This document shows positions 27,315-36,578 of a DNA stretch of 64,000 bases, piece after piece. The position numbers were made by a program, and so were the translations under genes. The first letter of the stretch is position 1; each line of letters opens with the position of its first letter. This DNA comes from Faecousia sp. (GTDB lineage Bacteria; Bacillota; Clostridia; Oscillospirales; Oscillospiraceae), in assembly GCA_045587865.1 (NCBI GenBank), contig JAZNDD010000180.1, positions 6,353 to 70,352 on the forward strand. The letters are read 5' to 3'. The notes under the pieces are model-generated. The model was not told the DNA's origin, did not search any database, and worked only from the letters and a program-made list of their open reading frames with translations.

Positions 27315-28102
27315 TCACTCTCCTGTCCCTCCGGCTCTTGTAGCAGGCGGATATTGGGATTTTCTCCGGAAATATCGTCTTCCAAACATACGGAATTTGT
27401 TTTGCACAAATCCAGAATTGCCAAAAATGTGGCAACGATCTCACTGCGGGTGCGGCTTCCCTTAAACAAATTCTTAAGGCGCTCAATGCCACGCAGGATC
27501 AGTCTGCGAACCACTTCTTTGGCCTTGCGGGAGACGGGATAGGGTTCTTTTCCTACAATGCCCTTGAAGTTGACCGTAGGAGGTGGCAGGCGGCGTTGAT
27601 TGCGCTCGGAAATTTCGTCCAGTGCCAACAGCAGGTCCTCCGGTTCGTGTTTATAGCGATATGTGGTGTCCCGACGCAAAGGCTCTGGCTGTTTCACGAA
27701 AATGCCTCTGCCGATCTCGTTGCGGGGCTCCAGGGCAGTGATTGCGATCCGAATCTGTTCTATGGCTTCTTTGCGCTGCCGTTCGATCAGGGACTGACGG
27801 AGCAAATCCAGTTCCGTTTCTGCCTCTGCCTGCTCTGCGGCAGATAAGAGCATTTTCGTCTTGATAAGCATCAGGTGGGATGCCATTGTAATAAATTCAC
27901 TGGCGATCTCCATATCCAGGCGCCTCATCTCATCCAGATATGCAAGGTACTGCTCCAGAATCGCAGTAATGGAAACATCCTGTATCTCTATTTTATTTTT
28001 ACTTAGCAATAAGAAAATAACATCCAGCGGGCCTTCAAAATCCTCCATAACCTCACCGCGGGTACGGACGATGCCCTCAAGACGGTATTGCGGTTCTCCC
28101 AT
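27311..28102 (-). CDS. scpA: Kleisin ScpA
   Basis: FEGPLD..L.L, ASEF..MAS.L..IKT.MLL, VATFLAILDL. Confidence 0.95.
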   Translation of the reverse strand: MGEPQYRLEGIVRTRGEVMEDFEGPLDVIFLLLSKNKIEIQDVSITAILEQYLAYLDEMRRLDMEIASEFITMASHLMLIKTKMLLSAAEQAEAETELDLLRQSLIERQRKEAIEQIRIAITALEPRNEIGRGIFVKQPEPLRRDTTYRYKHEPEDLLLALDEISERNQRRLPPPTVNFKGIVGKEPYPVSRKAKEVVRRLILRGIERLKNLFKGSRTRSEIVATFLAILDLCKTNSVCLEDDISGENPNIRLLQEPEGQESE

Positions 28103-28274
28103 AACAATTCCTCATACAAATATTTACAGACATTATAACATTTATTCCCCATCAGCGCAAGCACTAAAAATCCCGGCACGCAAACTTGCAGGAAACTTTG
28201 ATTTTATAGAAAAATTTGCTTTTTTCGACAAAATGTGCTATAAATAAAATATATTATGTTTGGAGGGATGACCG

Positions 28275-28634
28275 ATGGCGAAACGCAACAATCGTTATAA
28301 GGAAATGGAACGGTATATGACTTATGCACTGCTTGCAGATGCAGTACTGTTTGTGCTGTATTTGATCTTCGCCGGTTGCGGTGTAATTTGGCTGAAAGTT
28401 GTTCTGGCTATCCTTGCAATTTGCCTGTCCGGCGTATGTCTTGGCTATTTGTATCTTTCCAAAGAACTTTTGCGTCAAAGAAGTTTGTGGATGACCGCTT
28501 GTGCCGGCGCTGTTTTGGCGTGTGTTCTGTTTTCCCTGATTTTGAACTTTCCCAGCCCCAACAAGTATAAAACTGATAAGATTGAAGACAGTTCTGCAAG
28601 CACCGTGATCGAAACTGTTAATTTTCTCTATTAA
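28275..28634 (+). CDS. Hypothetical membrane protein (3 TM)
   Basis: RBS GGAGG, own promoter region, and terminator hairpin at 28651-28683. Confidence 0.8.
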   Translation: MAKRNNRYKEMERYMTYALLADAVLFVLYLIFAGCGVIWLKVVLAILAICLSGVCLGYLYLSKELLRQRSLWMTACAGAVLACVLFSLILNFPSPNKYKTDKIEDSSASTVIETVNFLY

Positions 28635-28689
28635 AAACATACAGATGCAAAAAGGTACCGCGGAATCATTCTGCGGTACCTTTCATTTT

Positions 28690-29559
28690 TTATTGGCGTA
28701 AAGACAGACCTATTTTTTCACCGTATCTGACGATTGTCTCAATATTTTCATTGGAGTTTTTCAAAATATCCTCATCAATTTGTACCGTATCGGCCTTTAT
28801 TAGCAGAACGACGGTTGATCCGCCAAATTGGAAATAGCCTTTCTCCTGCCCACGCATCACAAATGCCCTGCCGTGGTGATTGACGATTTTTCCTACAAGC
28901 ATCGCACCAACTTCCATCATAACAACATCGTCAAAATAGTCACTGTGAAGTATGCTGTATTCACGGCTATTCTCTTTATATATTGGAAAATAATCATTCG
29001 CGATAGGATTGACAGTATGAAGAAATCCGGGAATATAAATATTTTCCTCTTTGTTTCCATCTGCTATATAACAGTATCGGTGATAGTCGTCAACTGTCAA
29101 ACGAAAGATCAACGCGTATCCACCTTCATAGGTAGCGGCAAGTTTCTCGTCCCGCAGAAGCGAAGCAACTGTGTATTCTGTGTTTTTTAGTTGAAAACGG
29201 TTACCCTCCATAACGGGAAGCACTGTCAATTTGCTGTCACACGGGCTGATCAGATGCCGGGGATCTGTATCGATCTGTCTGACCTCAGGACAAATTTTAC
29301 GGGAAAAGAACGCATTGTAACTGCCATATTCTATGGCCTCAAACTGACTCATATCAATACTGTGCTTGCGTATAAAAGACTTGATAAAAATGCGTGACGC
29401 TTTGGAAGAAAGAAACTTTCCCACAAGTTTGGAGATACCCGGTTTGGTTATTAACTTTAGCAAGAATCTTCCCAGCACACTTCTATAAAGCCAACTTAAA
29501 GTTCTGTCCTGATTACTTTGTGTAGTAATCAAAACATTGTCACGGGTTTTCTGCTTCAT
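28690..29559 (-). CDS. psd: Phosphatidylserine decarboxylase proenzyme
   Basis: SPCD, FRL...DYHR.C, EVGA..VG.I, KGYFQFGGST self-cleavage motif. Confidence 0.93.
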   Translation of the reverse strand: MKQKTRDNVLITTQSNQDRTLSWLYRSVLGRFLLKLITKPGISKLVGKFLSSKASRIFIKSFIRKHSIDMSQFEAIEYGSYNAFFSRKICPEVRQIDTDPRHLISPCDSKLTVLPVMEGNRFQLKNTEYTVASLLRDEKLAATYEGGYALIFRLTVDDYHRYCYIADGNKEENIYIPGFLHTVNPIANDYFPIYKENSREYSILHSDYFDDVVMMEVGAMLVGKIVNHHGRAFVMRGQEKGYFQFGGSTVVLLIKADTVQIDEDILKNSNENIETIVRYGEKIGLSLRQ

Positions 29560-30253
29560 ATAACCCCTCAATTAGTTCACCAACAACTTGATCGGACTCA
29601 TCCTCAGGTTGGGGAATTCTAAATTTGGTATAGGCATAAATGCCGCCAATTGTAACTGCCACAGCAGAAATTATGATAATAATTGTCTTCAAACCTGGCT
29701 TGGGCAAAGGAAAGTCAAGAACAAACAGAAAGCCAACTACTGCTAAAATAAAATGGAGCAAAATCAAAAAAGCAAGATCCGGGAGAATAAACTGCAGCCA
29801 AAATACCACCGGGAGAATGAATGAGATAGAGGTAACAGGCAAACCGTGATACACCTTATTACAGCCATCTTCAGTCTCCTGACGATTTCCTTCCAACACA
29901 TTGAAGTAAGCAAGACGGATAACTGCACAGATGCAGTAGAAAAACACAATCGTCAAGCCTAAAATTCCCCGGACACCAAGGAGATAACAGATCAGTGCAG
30001 GAAACGCACCGAAACAAATTACATCACATAAAGAATCCAGTTGAATACCAAAGTTTCTTTCATCCTTTGTGCGGTTTTTCTTTGTGCGGGCAACGCGCCC
30101 ATCAAAGGCATCACAGATACCGGAAAAAGCAAGACACAAAATGGCAACCATATAATCACCGTGAAATGCTTTGGTTATGCCAAAAACCGAGGAAATCAGA
30201 CTTAAATATGTAAGGATCACCGTATAATCGTAGAAACCAATCAATCGAATCAT
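29540..30253 (-). CDS. pssA: CDP-alcohol phosphatidyltransferase (phosphatidylserine synthase)
   Basis: CDAFDGRVAR...FGIQLDSLCD; RLAYFN; coupled to psd; promoter TTGACA-N17-TATTAT. Confidence 0.88.
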   Translation of the reverse strand: MIRLIGFYDYTVILTYLSLISSVFGITKAFHGDYMVAILCLAFSGICDAFDGRVARTKKNRTKDERNFGIQLDSLCDVICFGAFPALICYLLGVRGILGLTIVFFYCICAVIRLAYFNVLEGNRQETEDGCNKVYHGLPVTSISFILPVVFWLQFILPDLAFLILLHFILAVVGFLFVLDFPLPKPGLKTIIIIISAVAVTIGGIYAYTKFRIPQPEDESDQVVGELIEGLYEAENP

Positions 30254-30451
30254 ATTATCTGCCTTTCTATCTATTGTTGCAAAGGATGCAATGATGGTCT
30301 TTAATGTACTTTTAAGATATAATACCGCAAATAAACAAGAATGTCAATTTTCATTTGAACATTCACAGCATACAACCCTTAACCGGGGAAATATTTCCTA
30401 TTTAATGCTTGCATTTTACTTTAACCTATGTTAAAATAATTCTAATATTGC

Positions 30452-30700
30452 AAAGGCAGAGATTGGGCTGTCTTGTGCCAAAAAATGTGTTTTCAGAGAA
30501 AGCGGGATGGTGGGATCCGCTTACACCGGGTACAAGGCCTTCTCCCATGAGCTGTGGCCTGAATTTATAGTAGGGCTAACCGGTTGACCCCGTTAACGGT
30601 CAAAGGTGTATTTGCACCAAAAGCTGCGCCGACAGGCGAATTGCGGGTGGTACCGCGGAGGAAACTTCGTCCCGATTTTGGGGATGAGGTTTATTTTTTT
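30452..30700 (+). promoter_or_regulatory. Phe T-box riboswitch
   Basis: GA motif and AG bulge, TTC specifier at 30540-30542, T-box GGGTGGTACCGCGG at 30645-30658, terminator with T-run; promoter TTGCAT-N17-TAAAAT at 30409-30437. Confidence 0.93.
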
Positions 30701-30724
30701 GTATTTTTGCAAAGGAGATATAAA

Positions 30725-31768
30725 ATGAAAGAACAGTTAGAGCAAATCAAACAGCAAGCACTGTGCGCACTGGATGCGGCAAGCACACCTGCCCAGCTGG
30801 AAGAACTGCGTGTTCGTTATCTGGGCAAGAAAGGTGAACTGACTGCTGTTTTGAAGCAGATGGGTAGTCTGTCTGCCGACGAACGCCCGGTTATGGGTCA
30901 GGTAGCAAACTCTGTACGTGCTATTATTGAAGAAAAGTTGGAAGCACGCAAGGCAGAAATCGGTGCGGCTGTGCTGGAAGCCAAACTGGCAAGCGAAGCC
31001 ATCGATGTGACCATCCCCGGTGAAAGTGTTACTATGGGCCACGAGCATCCGATGAATCAGGTTCTGCAGCAAATCAAGGACATTTTTGTGGGTATGGGCT
31101 ACCAGATCGTGGACGGTCCGGAAATCGAACTGGCCGACTATAACTTTACCCGTCTGAACATTGAAGAAGGTCACCCCTCCCGAGACCGGTCTGACACCTT
31201 CTATTTTGACGACGAGGACAAGGTGCTTCTGCGCACCCAGACCAGTCCTATGCAGATCCGCTATATGGAAAACCACAAGCCCCCTCTGTGTATGCTGGCA
31301 CCCGGCCGTGTGTTCCGCAAGGACGAGGCGGATGCTACCCACTCTCCTATGTTCCATCAAATCGAAGGTCTGGTAGTTGCTGAGAACATCACGATGGGCG
31401 ACCTGAAGGGCGCGCTGATCACCATTATGCACAAGATCTACGGTCACGATGCCAATGTCCGTTTCCGTCCCCATCACTTCCCCTTCACAGAGCCCAGCTG
31501 CGAAATGGATATGCAATGCCATAAGTGCCACGGTACCGGCGAAGTGGGCGGACAAGTATGCTCCACCTGTCACGGAGAAGGCTGGATTGAACTGTTGGGA
31601 GCCGGTATGGTGCATCCCGAGGTTCTGCGCAATTGTGGGATCGATCCCGACAAATATTCTGGCTTTGCCTTTGGCATTGGCCTGGAGCGGACCGCTATGG
31701 GCCGCCTGAAAATCAATGACCTGCGTCTGATCTTTGATAACGACGCCCGGTTCTTAAACCAGTTCTAA
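30725..31768 (+). CDS. pheS: Phenylalanyl-tRNA synthetase alpha subunit
   Basis: LLRTQTSPMQ, PGRVFR.D, HSPMFHQIEGL, FRPHHFPFTEPS, GFAFG.GLER. Confidence 0.98.
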   Translation: MKEQLEQIKQQALCALDAASTPAQLEELRVRYLGKKGELTAVLKQMGSLSADERPVMGQVANSVRAIIEEKLEARKAEIGAAVLEAKLASEAIDVTIPGESVTMGHEHPMNQVLQQIKDIFVGMGYQIVDGPEIELADYNFTRLNIEEGHPSRDRSDTFYFDDEDKVLLRTQTSPMQIRYMENHKPPLCMLAPGRVFRKDEADATHSPMFHQIEGLVVAENITMGDLKGALITIMHKIYGHDANVRFRPHHFPFTEPSCEMDMQCHKCHGTGEVGGQVCSTCHGEGWIELLGAGMVHPEVLRNCGIDPDKYSGFAFGIGLERTAMGRLKINDLRLIFDNDARFLNQF

Positions 31769-31781
31769 GGAGGCACTGAGG

Positions 31782-34166
31782 ATGAAACTGAACAGAAAAT
31801 GGATCAACGAGGAATTTGTGGATCTTAGCAGTGTTTCCGACAAGGAATATGTAGATAAGCTGACTGTATTCGGTCAAAAGGTAGAAACCTATGAGCGACT
31901 GGATGCCGAGATCCGGAATGTTGTGGTAGGCAAGGTCCTTTCCATTGTCCGTCACGAGAATTCCGATCATATGTGGGTCTGCCAGATTGATGTGGGTCAG
32001 GAAGAACCGGTGCAGATCGTTACCGGCGCGCAAAATGTGAAGGAAGGGGATCTTGTTCCCGCCGCACTGCACAATTCCTGGCTGCCCGGCGGCATTCACA
32101 TCACGAAGGGCAAACTGCGCGGTGTTGCCTCCAACGGTATGCTCTGCTCCCTGAAGGAGCTGGACCTGACTGTTGGTGACTTCCCCTATGCCATTGAGGA
32201 CGGCATTTGGATCATTGAAGAGGACTGCAAGCCCGGTGACGACATCAACACTGTGATCGGCAACGACGACACTGTAGTTGATTTTGAGATCACCAACAAC
32301 CGCCCGGACTGCTACTCTATTATCGGTCTGGCGAGAGAGTCTGCCGCTGCCTTCGGTCTGCCGATGAAGCACCACGATCCCGTTGTTAAGGGCAGTGATG
32401 CCGGTTCTATGTACGATATGCTGGATGTGGAAGTACCTGCAGAAAACCTTTGCAACCGCTACACTGCGCGTATGGTAGCCAATGTGAAGATCGGTCCTTC
32501 TCCCAAATGGCTGCGTCAGCGTTTGCGGGCAAACGGTGTTCGTCCCATCAACAACATTGTGGATATTACCAACTATGTTATGCTGGAGTACGGTCAGCCG
32601 ATGCACGCCTTCGATTACCGCTATGTTTCTTCCGGCAAGATCGTTGTCCGGGAAGCTGAGGCTGGCGAAACACTGACCACACTGGATGGCAATGTGCGCA
32701 ATCTGAAGCCCGGTATGCTTGTGATCGCCGATGAGGACCGTGCCATCGGTCTTGCAGGCATTATGGGTGGCGAAAACTCTGAGATTATGGAAGACACCCA
32801 GACTGTGGTATTTGAATCTGCAAACTTTGACGGCACTTCCATCCGTCAAACCGCTCTGGCGCTGGGTATGCGTACTGACGCCTCCGGCAAGTTTGAAAAA
32901 CATTTGGATCCGATGATGACTGTACCTGCAGTCAACCGCGCTTGCGAATTGGTTGAACTTTTGCAATGCGGCGATGTTATGGACGGCACCATTGATGTGA
33001 TCAATTATGTGCCTCAGTCCAAGACAGTTATGCTGGAACCTGAGAAGATCAATGCACTGCTGGGTACAAACATTTCCAGAGAAGATATGGTAACGTATCT
33101 GAAATTGCTGGAAGTTCCTGTGGAAGGTGATCAGATCCTTGTTCCTTCCTGGCGTCCCGACCTGAACCTGATGGCAGATATTGCTGAGGAAGTGGGTCGT
33201 TCCTACGGCTACAACGAGATCCCCACCACCGATTTCAAGACCTCTACACAGGGTGGCTATTCTCCTGTGATGAAGCTGGAGGCAAAAGCAGGCAGTCTCT
33301 GCCGTAGTCTCGGCTACAGCGAGATCATTACCTATTCCTTTGTTTCTCCTGCTATTTTTGACCAGATCCGTCTTCCGGAAAATTCCCCCCTGCGTAACAC
33401 ATTGAAGATTCAGAATCCTCTTGGCGAGGACACCTCTGTGATGCGTACCACTGCCCTGCCCTCTATGCTGGATATTCTTTCCCGCAATAATAATTACCAC
33501 AACAAGAATGTAAAGCTTTATGAGATCGCAAAGATCTATCTGCCGGTTGCCGGACAGATCCTTCCGGAAGAGCCGAAGATCCTGGTTCTGGGCAGCTATG
33601 GTGAAGGCGTAAACTTCTTCACTCTGAAGGGTCAGGTAGAGGCAATCTTTAGCAATCTGCGCATAAAGAAAGCCAGTTACGCCGCCGTTACCGACAACCC
33701 CAGTTATCATCCCGGTCGCTGTGCAAAGATTACCATTGACGGTGTGGATGTGGGCTTTATGGGTCAAATTCATCCGCTGGTCGCCAAAAACTACGGCATA
33801 GAGGGTGAAGTATACTGTGCTGAAATCAACTTTACGAAACTCTTTGATCTTCAACTTCCGGAAGTGACCTATGTTCCCCTTCCCAAATATCCCACTGTTT
33901 CCAGAGACCTTTCCATCGTTTGCGATGAATCCATCACGGTAGCACAGGCAGAAGAAGTTATTTGTGCATCTGCCGGAAAACTTCTGCGGAACATTCGTCT
34001 GTTTGACATTTACAGAGGCACCGGTGTTCCCGATGGCAAGAAGAGTTTGGCCTTCTCCCTGGAACTGCGTGCAGATGACCGCACTTTGACCGATGCGGAT
34101 TCTGAAAAGGTTACTGCAAATGTGCTTGCTGCTCTGGGTGAAAAACTGGGTGCAACCCTCCGTTAA
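31782..34166 (+). CDS. pheT: Phenylalanyl-tRNA synthetase beta subunit
   Basis: 794 aa; [35 protein letters not shown]-terminus. Confidence 0.98.
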   Translation: MKLNRKWINEEFVDLSSVSDKEYVDKLTVFGQKVETYERLDAEIRNVVVGKVLSIVRHENSDHMWVCQIDVGQEEPVQIVTGAQNVKEGDLVPAALHNSWLPGGIHITKGKLRGVASNGMLCSLKELDLTVGDFPYAIEDGIWIIEEDCKPGDDINTVIGNDDTVVDFEITNNRPDCYSIIGLARESAAAFGLPMKHHDPVVKGSDAGSMYDMLDVEVPAENLCNRYTARMVANVKIGPSPKWLRQRLRANGVRPINNIVDITNYVMLEYGQPMHAFDYRYVSSGKIVVREAEAGETLTTLDGNVRNLKPGMLVIADEDRAIGLAGIMGGENSEIMEDTQTVVFESANFDGTSIRQTALALGMRTDASGKFEKHLDPMMTVPAVNRACELVELLQCGDVMDGTIDVINYVPQSKTVMLEPEKINALLGTNISREDMVTYLKLLEVPVEGDQILVPSWRPDLNLMADIAEEVGRSYGYNEIPTTDFKTSTQGGYSPVMKLEAKAGSLCRSLGYSEIITYSFVSPAIFDQIRLPENSPLRNTLKIQNPLGEDTSVMRTTALPSMLDILSRNNNYHNKNVKLYEIAKIYLPVAGQILPEEPKILVLGSYGEGVNFFTLKGQVEAIFSNLRIKKASYAAVTDNPSYHPGRCAKITIDGVDVGFMGQIHPLVAKNYGIEGEVYCAEINFTKLFDLQLPEVTYVPLPKYPTVSRDLSIVCDESITVAQAEEVICASAGKLLRNIRLFDIYRGTGVPDGKKSLAFSLELRADDRTLTDADSEKVTANVLAALGEKLGATLR

Positions 34167-34258
34167 CTACCAAATTTTATATTTTTTCTGACAAAAGTCT
34201 TTACACCTCAGAAAATTTGGGATATAATAAACTTAATATTCGAAAGGAGGTCGTTCCA

Positions 34259-34516
34259 ATGCCGGAAAACGCCCAAAACACTATTAAATTTACCGTACCC
34301 AGTGATGATAAGGATAATATGCGTCTTGTGCTTCGCACTGTGTTCGACGCTCTGAACGAAAAGGGCTATAATCCCATCAACCAGATCGTCGGCTATCTGC
34401 TTACAGAAGATCCCACATATATCACCAATTACAACAATGCTCGCAGTATGATCTGCAAGATTGACCGGGATGAACTTCTGCAAGAACTGGTTCGGTTCTA
34501 TCTGTTTGAAAAATGA
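34259..34516 (+). CDS. IreB/ReoM (UPF0297) family regulatory phosphoprotein
   Basis: [39 protein letters not shown]. Confidence 0.93.
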   Translation: MPENAQNTIKFTVPSDDKDNMRLVLRTVFDALNEKGYNPINQIVGYLLTEDPTYITNYNNARSMICKIDRDELLQELVRFYLFEK

Positions 34517-34579
34517 TAACCCCGCCGGGAGGCTTTGCCACCGCAAAAGCCTCCCGATTTCATATTTCAGGAGGTCTAT

Positions 34580-34870
34580 ATGTCTGAAAATCTCAACGGT
34601 CTGATTTACAAGGGCCATCCGCTAATGCGAAAAGATAATCTGATTTACTACGGCTCTATGGCCGACAGTCACATTGTTATGCTCCAGATCCTGGAAACAA
34701 AGACTGTAAACGATACTCAAATTGCCACCCGAGTTTCCGTTCAGTTGCAACTGACCGATCCCACCGCTAAAAGCCGAGACCGTGTAGTCAAGAAAGGCGA
34801 AAAAGCAGGTCTTTACACCGCACTGGATTTCGGCTGTGTATGGCTGGAAAGAGCATTGGCTGGTAAATAA
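34580..34870 (+). CDS. Hypothetical protein (96 aa)
   Basis: RBS GGAGG; host-like codon usage; terminator hairpin at 34877-34903. Confidence 0.8.
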   Translation: MSENLNGLIYKGHPLMRKDNLIYYGSMADSHIVMLQILETKTVNDTQIATRVSVQLQLTDPTAKSRDRVVKKGEKAGLYTALDFGCVWLERALAGK

Positions 34871-34909
34871 TTCAGTAAGTGCAGCACATTTTGTGCTGCA
34901 CTTATTTTG

Positions 34910-34938
34910 TTATAAAGAGTCAATTCCGGCACATACTA
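34910..34938 (+). promoter_or_regulatory. Forespore sigma (sigG/sigF)-type promoter of spoVAD
   Basis: TTATA-N17-CATACTA. Confidence 0.6.
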
Positions 34939-34962
34939 GCAAAAAGCAAAGAAGGTGTTATC

Positions 34963-35976
34963 GTGACAAGTCAAAAAAAGGGCAAGCAGAGTTTCATTCT
35001 TTCTGTGCCTCCTGTGATCACCGCCTGGGCTAGTGTTGCCGGAAAAAAAGAATCGGAAGGGCCCCTGAAAACCTACTTCGACATTGTAGAAAGGGACTCC
35101 TATTTTGGGCAAAAGACCTGGGAACAGGCAGAAAAGCAAATGCAGGCATTGGCCCTGAATAAACTTGCGGAAAAAGCAAATATGTCCACGCGGGATTTTG
35201 GGCTGGTATTTAGCGGTGACCTGCTTAATCAGTGTATCGGCTCTTCCTTTTCCCTTAGAAATATGAACATTCCACATTTGGGACTGTATGGAGCCTGTTC
35301 CACAATGGCAGAAAGTCTTTTAATGGCAGCAATGGCGGTGGGAGGCGGTTTTTTTGATCAGGTTGTTGCAATGACATCTTCCCATTTTGCCTCCTCAGAG
35401 CGGCAATACCGCTTTCCGCTGGGATACGGCGGTCAGCGCACACCGACTGCTCAATGGACTGTCACAGGTTCCGGGGCTGCATTGGTTTCAAACACAGGCA
35501 AAGGTCCAAAAATTACCGCTTGCACCGTTGGAACGGTGACGGATTTGGGGATCAAAGACGCAAATAATATGGGTGCGGCGATGGCACCGGCCGCTCTGTC
35601 TACCATCCGGGCGCATTTCGAAGATCTGAAAGTAAGTGCCGACGACTACGACCTGATCGTAACCGGCGATCTGGGACAATTGGGTAAAGAAGTCCTCCTG
35701 TCACTGGCACAGCGGGAGGGTTTGGGCATCGGCGGCAAGTTAGCAGACTGTGGTACTCTGGTTTTCGATGTGCTGGAACAGGATGTTCATTCCGGCGGTT
35801 CCGGGTGTGGTTGCAGTGCCATCACTCTGTGTGGGTATCTTCTTAACAAACTCAAACTAAGAAAAATGAAAAAAATACTATTCTGCGGTACCGGTGCATT
35901 GCTTTCCCCCACTTCTACTCAGCAAGGTCTGCCCATTCCCGGTGTTTGTCACGCAGTATCTATAACAGGAGGTTAA
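34963..35976 (+). CDS. spoVAD: Stage V sporulation protein AD
   Basis: GKKESEGPL, TWEQAE, GDLLNQC, GLYGACST, HFASSERQYR.P..YG.QR, SGGSGCGCSA; GTG start at 34963 is inferred. Confidence 0.95.
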   Translation: MTSQKKGKQSFILSVPPVITAWASVAGKKESEGPLKTYFDIVERDSYFGQKTWEQAEKQMQALALNKLAEKANMSTRDFGLVFSGDLLNQCIGSSFSLRNMNIPHLGLYGACSTMAESLLMAAMAVGGGFFDQVVAMTSSHFASSERQYRFPLGYGGQRTPTAQWTVTGSGAALVSNTGKGPKITACTVGTVTDLGIKDANNMGAAMAPAALSTIRAHFEDLKVSADDYDLIVTGDLGQLGKEVLLSLAQREGLGIGGKLADCGTLVFDVLEQDVHSGGSGCGCSAITLCGYLLNKLKLRKMKKILFCGTGALLSPTSTQQGLPIPGVCHAVSITGG

Positions 35977-35979
35977 CAA

Positions 35980-36336
35980 ATGGACTATTTGAAAGCCTTT
36001 TTGATTGGAGGAATCCTTTGTCTGATTGGACAAATTCTCATTGACAAAACCAAACTCACTCCTGCAAGAATTTTGGTTAGTTATGTGGTCGCAGGTGTAT
36101 TTTTAGGAGCAATCGGTGTTTATGAAGCCCTTGTAGAATTTGCAGGTGCAGGAGCAACCGTACCTTTGACAGGTTTTGGATATAATCTGGCAAAGGGTGT
36201 TCGGGAAGCCGTGGACGAACAGGGGTTTCTTGGCGTGCTGATTGGCGGCATTAAAGCCACTGCCGGCGGTATCACTGCCGCAATCACTGCCGGACTGGTT
36301 GTCAGTCTTATTTTTAAGGCGAAGGATAAATCCTGA
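35980..36336 (+). CDS. spoVAE: Stage V sporulation protein AE (SpoVAC/AE family)
   Basis: AFLIGG.LC.IGQILID.TKLTPA.ILV, GAGATVPLTGFG. Confidence 0.9.
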   Translation: MDYLKAFLIGGILCLIGQILIDKTKLTPARILVSYVVAGVFLGAIGVYEALVEFAGAGATVPLTGFGYNLAKGVREAVDEQGFLGVLIGGIKATAGGITAAITAGLVVSLIFKAKDKS

Positions 36337-36352
36337 TAATTTGGGCAATCTA
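36324..36352 (+). promoter_or_regulatory. Putative sigG/sigF-type promoter of the N/Q microprotein
   Basis: GGATA-N17-CAATCTA, same geometry as the other sporulation promoters in the window. Confidence 0.45.
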
Positions 36353-36395
36353 ATTTCAGCGGCAAGACCGCAGGAATTACAGGAGGATTGCAAAT

Positions 36396-36539
36396 ATGAA
36401 TAACCAGAACAAAAATCAGAATAACAACCAGAACCAGAATAACAACCAGAACAAGAATCAGAACCAGAACAACAACCAGAATCAGAACCAGAACAACAAC
36501 CAGAATCAGAACCAGAACAACAACCAGAACCGCTACTAA
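36396..36539 (+). CDS. 47-aa Asn/Gln-rich microprotein (absent from the ORF track)
   Basis: RBS AGGAGG; MNNQNKNQNNNQNQNNNQNKNQNQNNNQNQNQNNNQNQNQNNNQNRY*; synonymous AAT/AAC and AAA/AAG variation. Confidence 0.75.
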   Translation: MNNQNKNQNNNQNQNNNQNKNQNQNNNQNQNQNNNQNQNQNNNQNRY

Positions 36540-36545
36540 TTGCAA

Positions 36546-36575
36546 AAGGGCGTGGTGCATTCACACCACGCCCTT
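36546..36575. terminator. Terminator between the N/Q ORF and addA
   Basis: 12-bp stem AAGGGCGTGGTG/CACCACGCCCTT. Confidence 0.8.
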
Positions 36576-36578
36576 CGT

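Noticed and set aside
28651-28683. Second T-box (contains GGTACCGCGG)
   Set aside because: It is one arm of a terminator hairpin after a gene, with no Stem I or specifier loop
34259-34516. IreB as substrate of the window's atypical kinase
   Set aside because: IreB/ReoM is a known target of PASTA kinases; the genes are 12 kb apart and nothing in the sequence links them
36103-36564. Two - strand ORFs with SGCCSGSD or VLVLILVV repeats
   Set aside because: Antisense readings of the N/Q repeat; the RBS, promoter and terminator all support the + strand ORF
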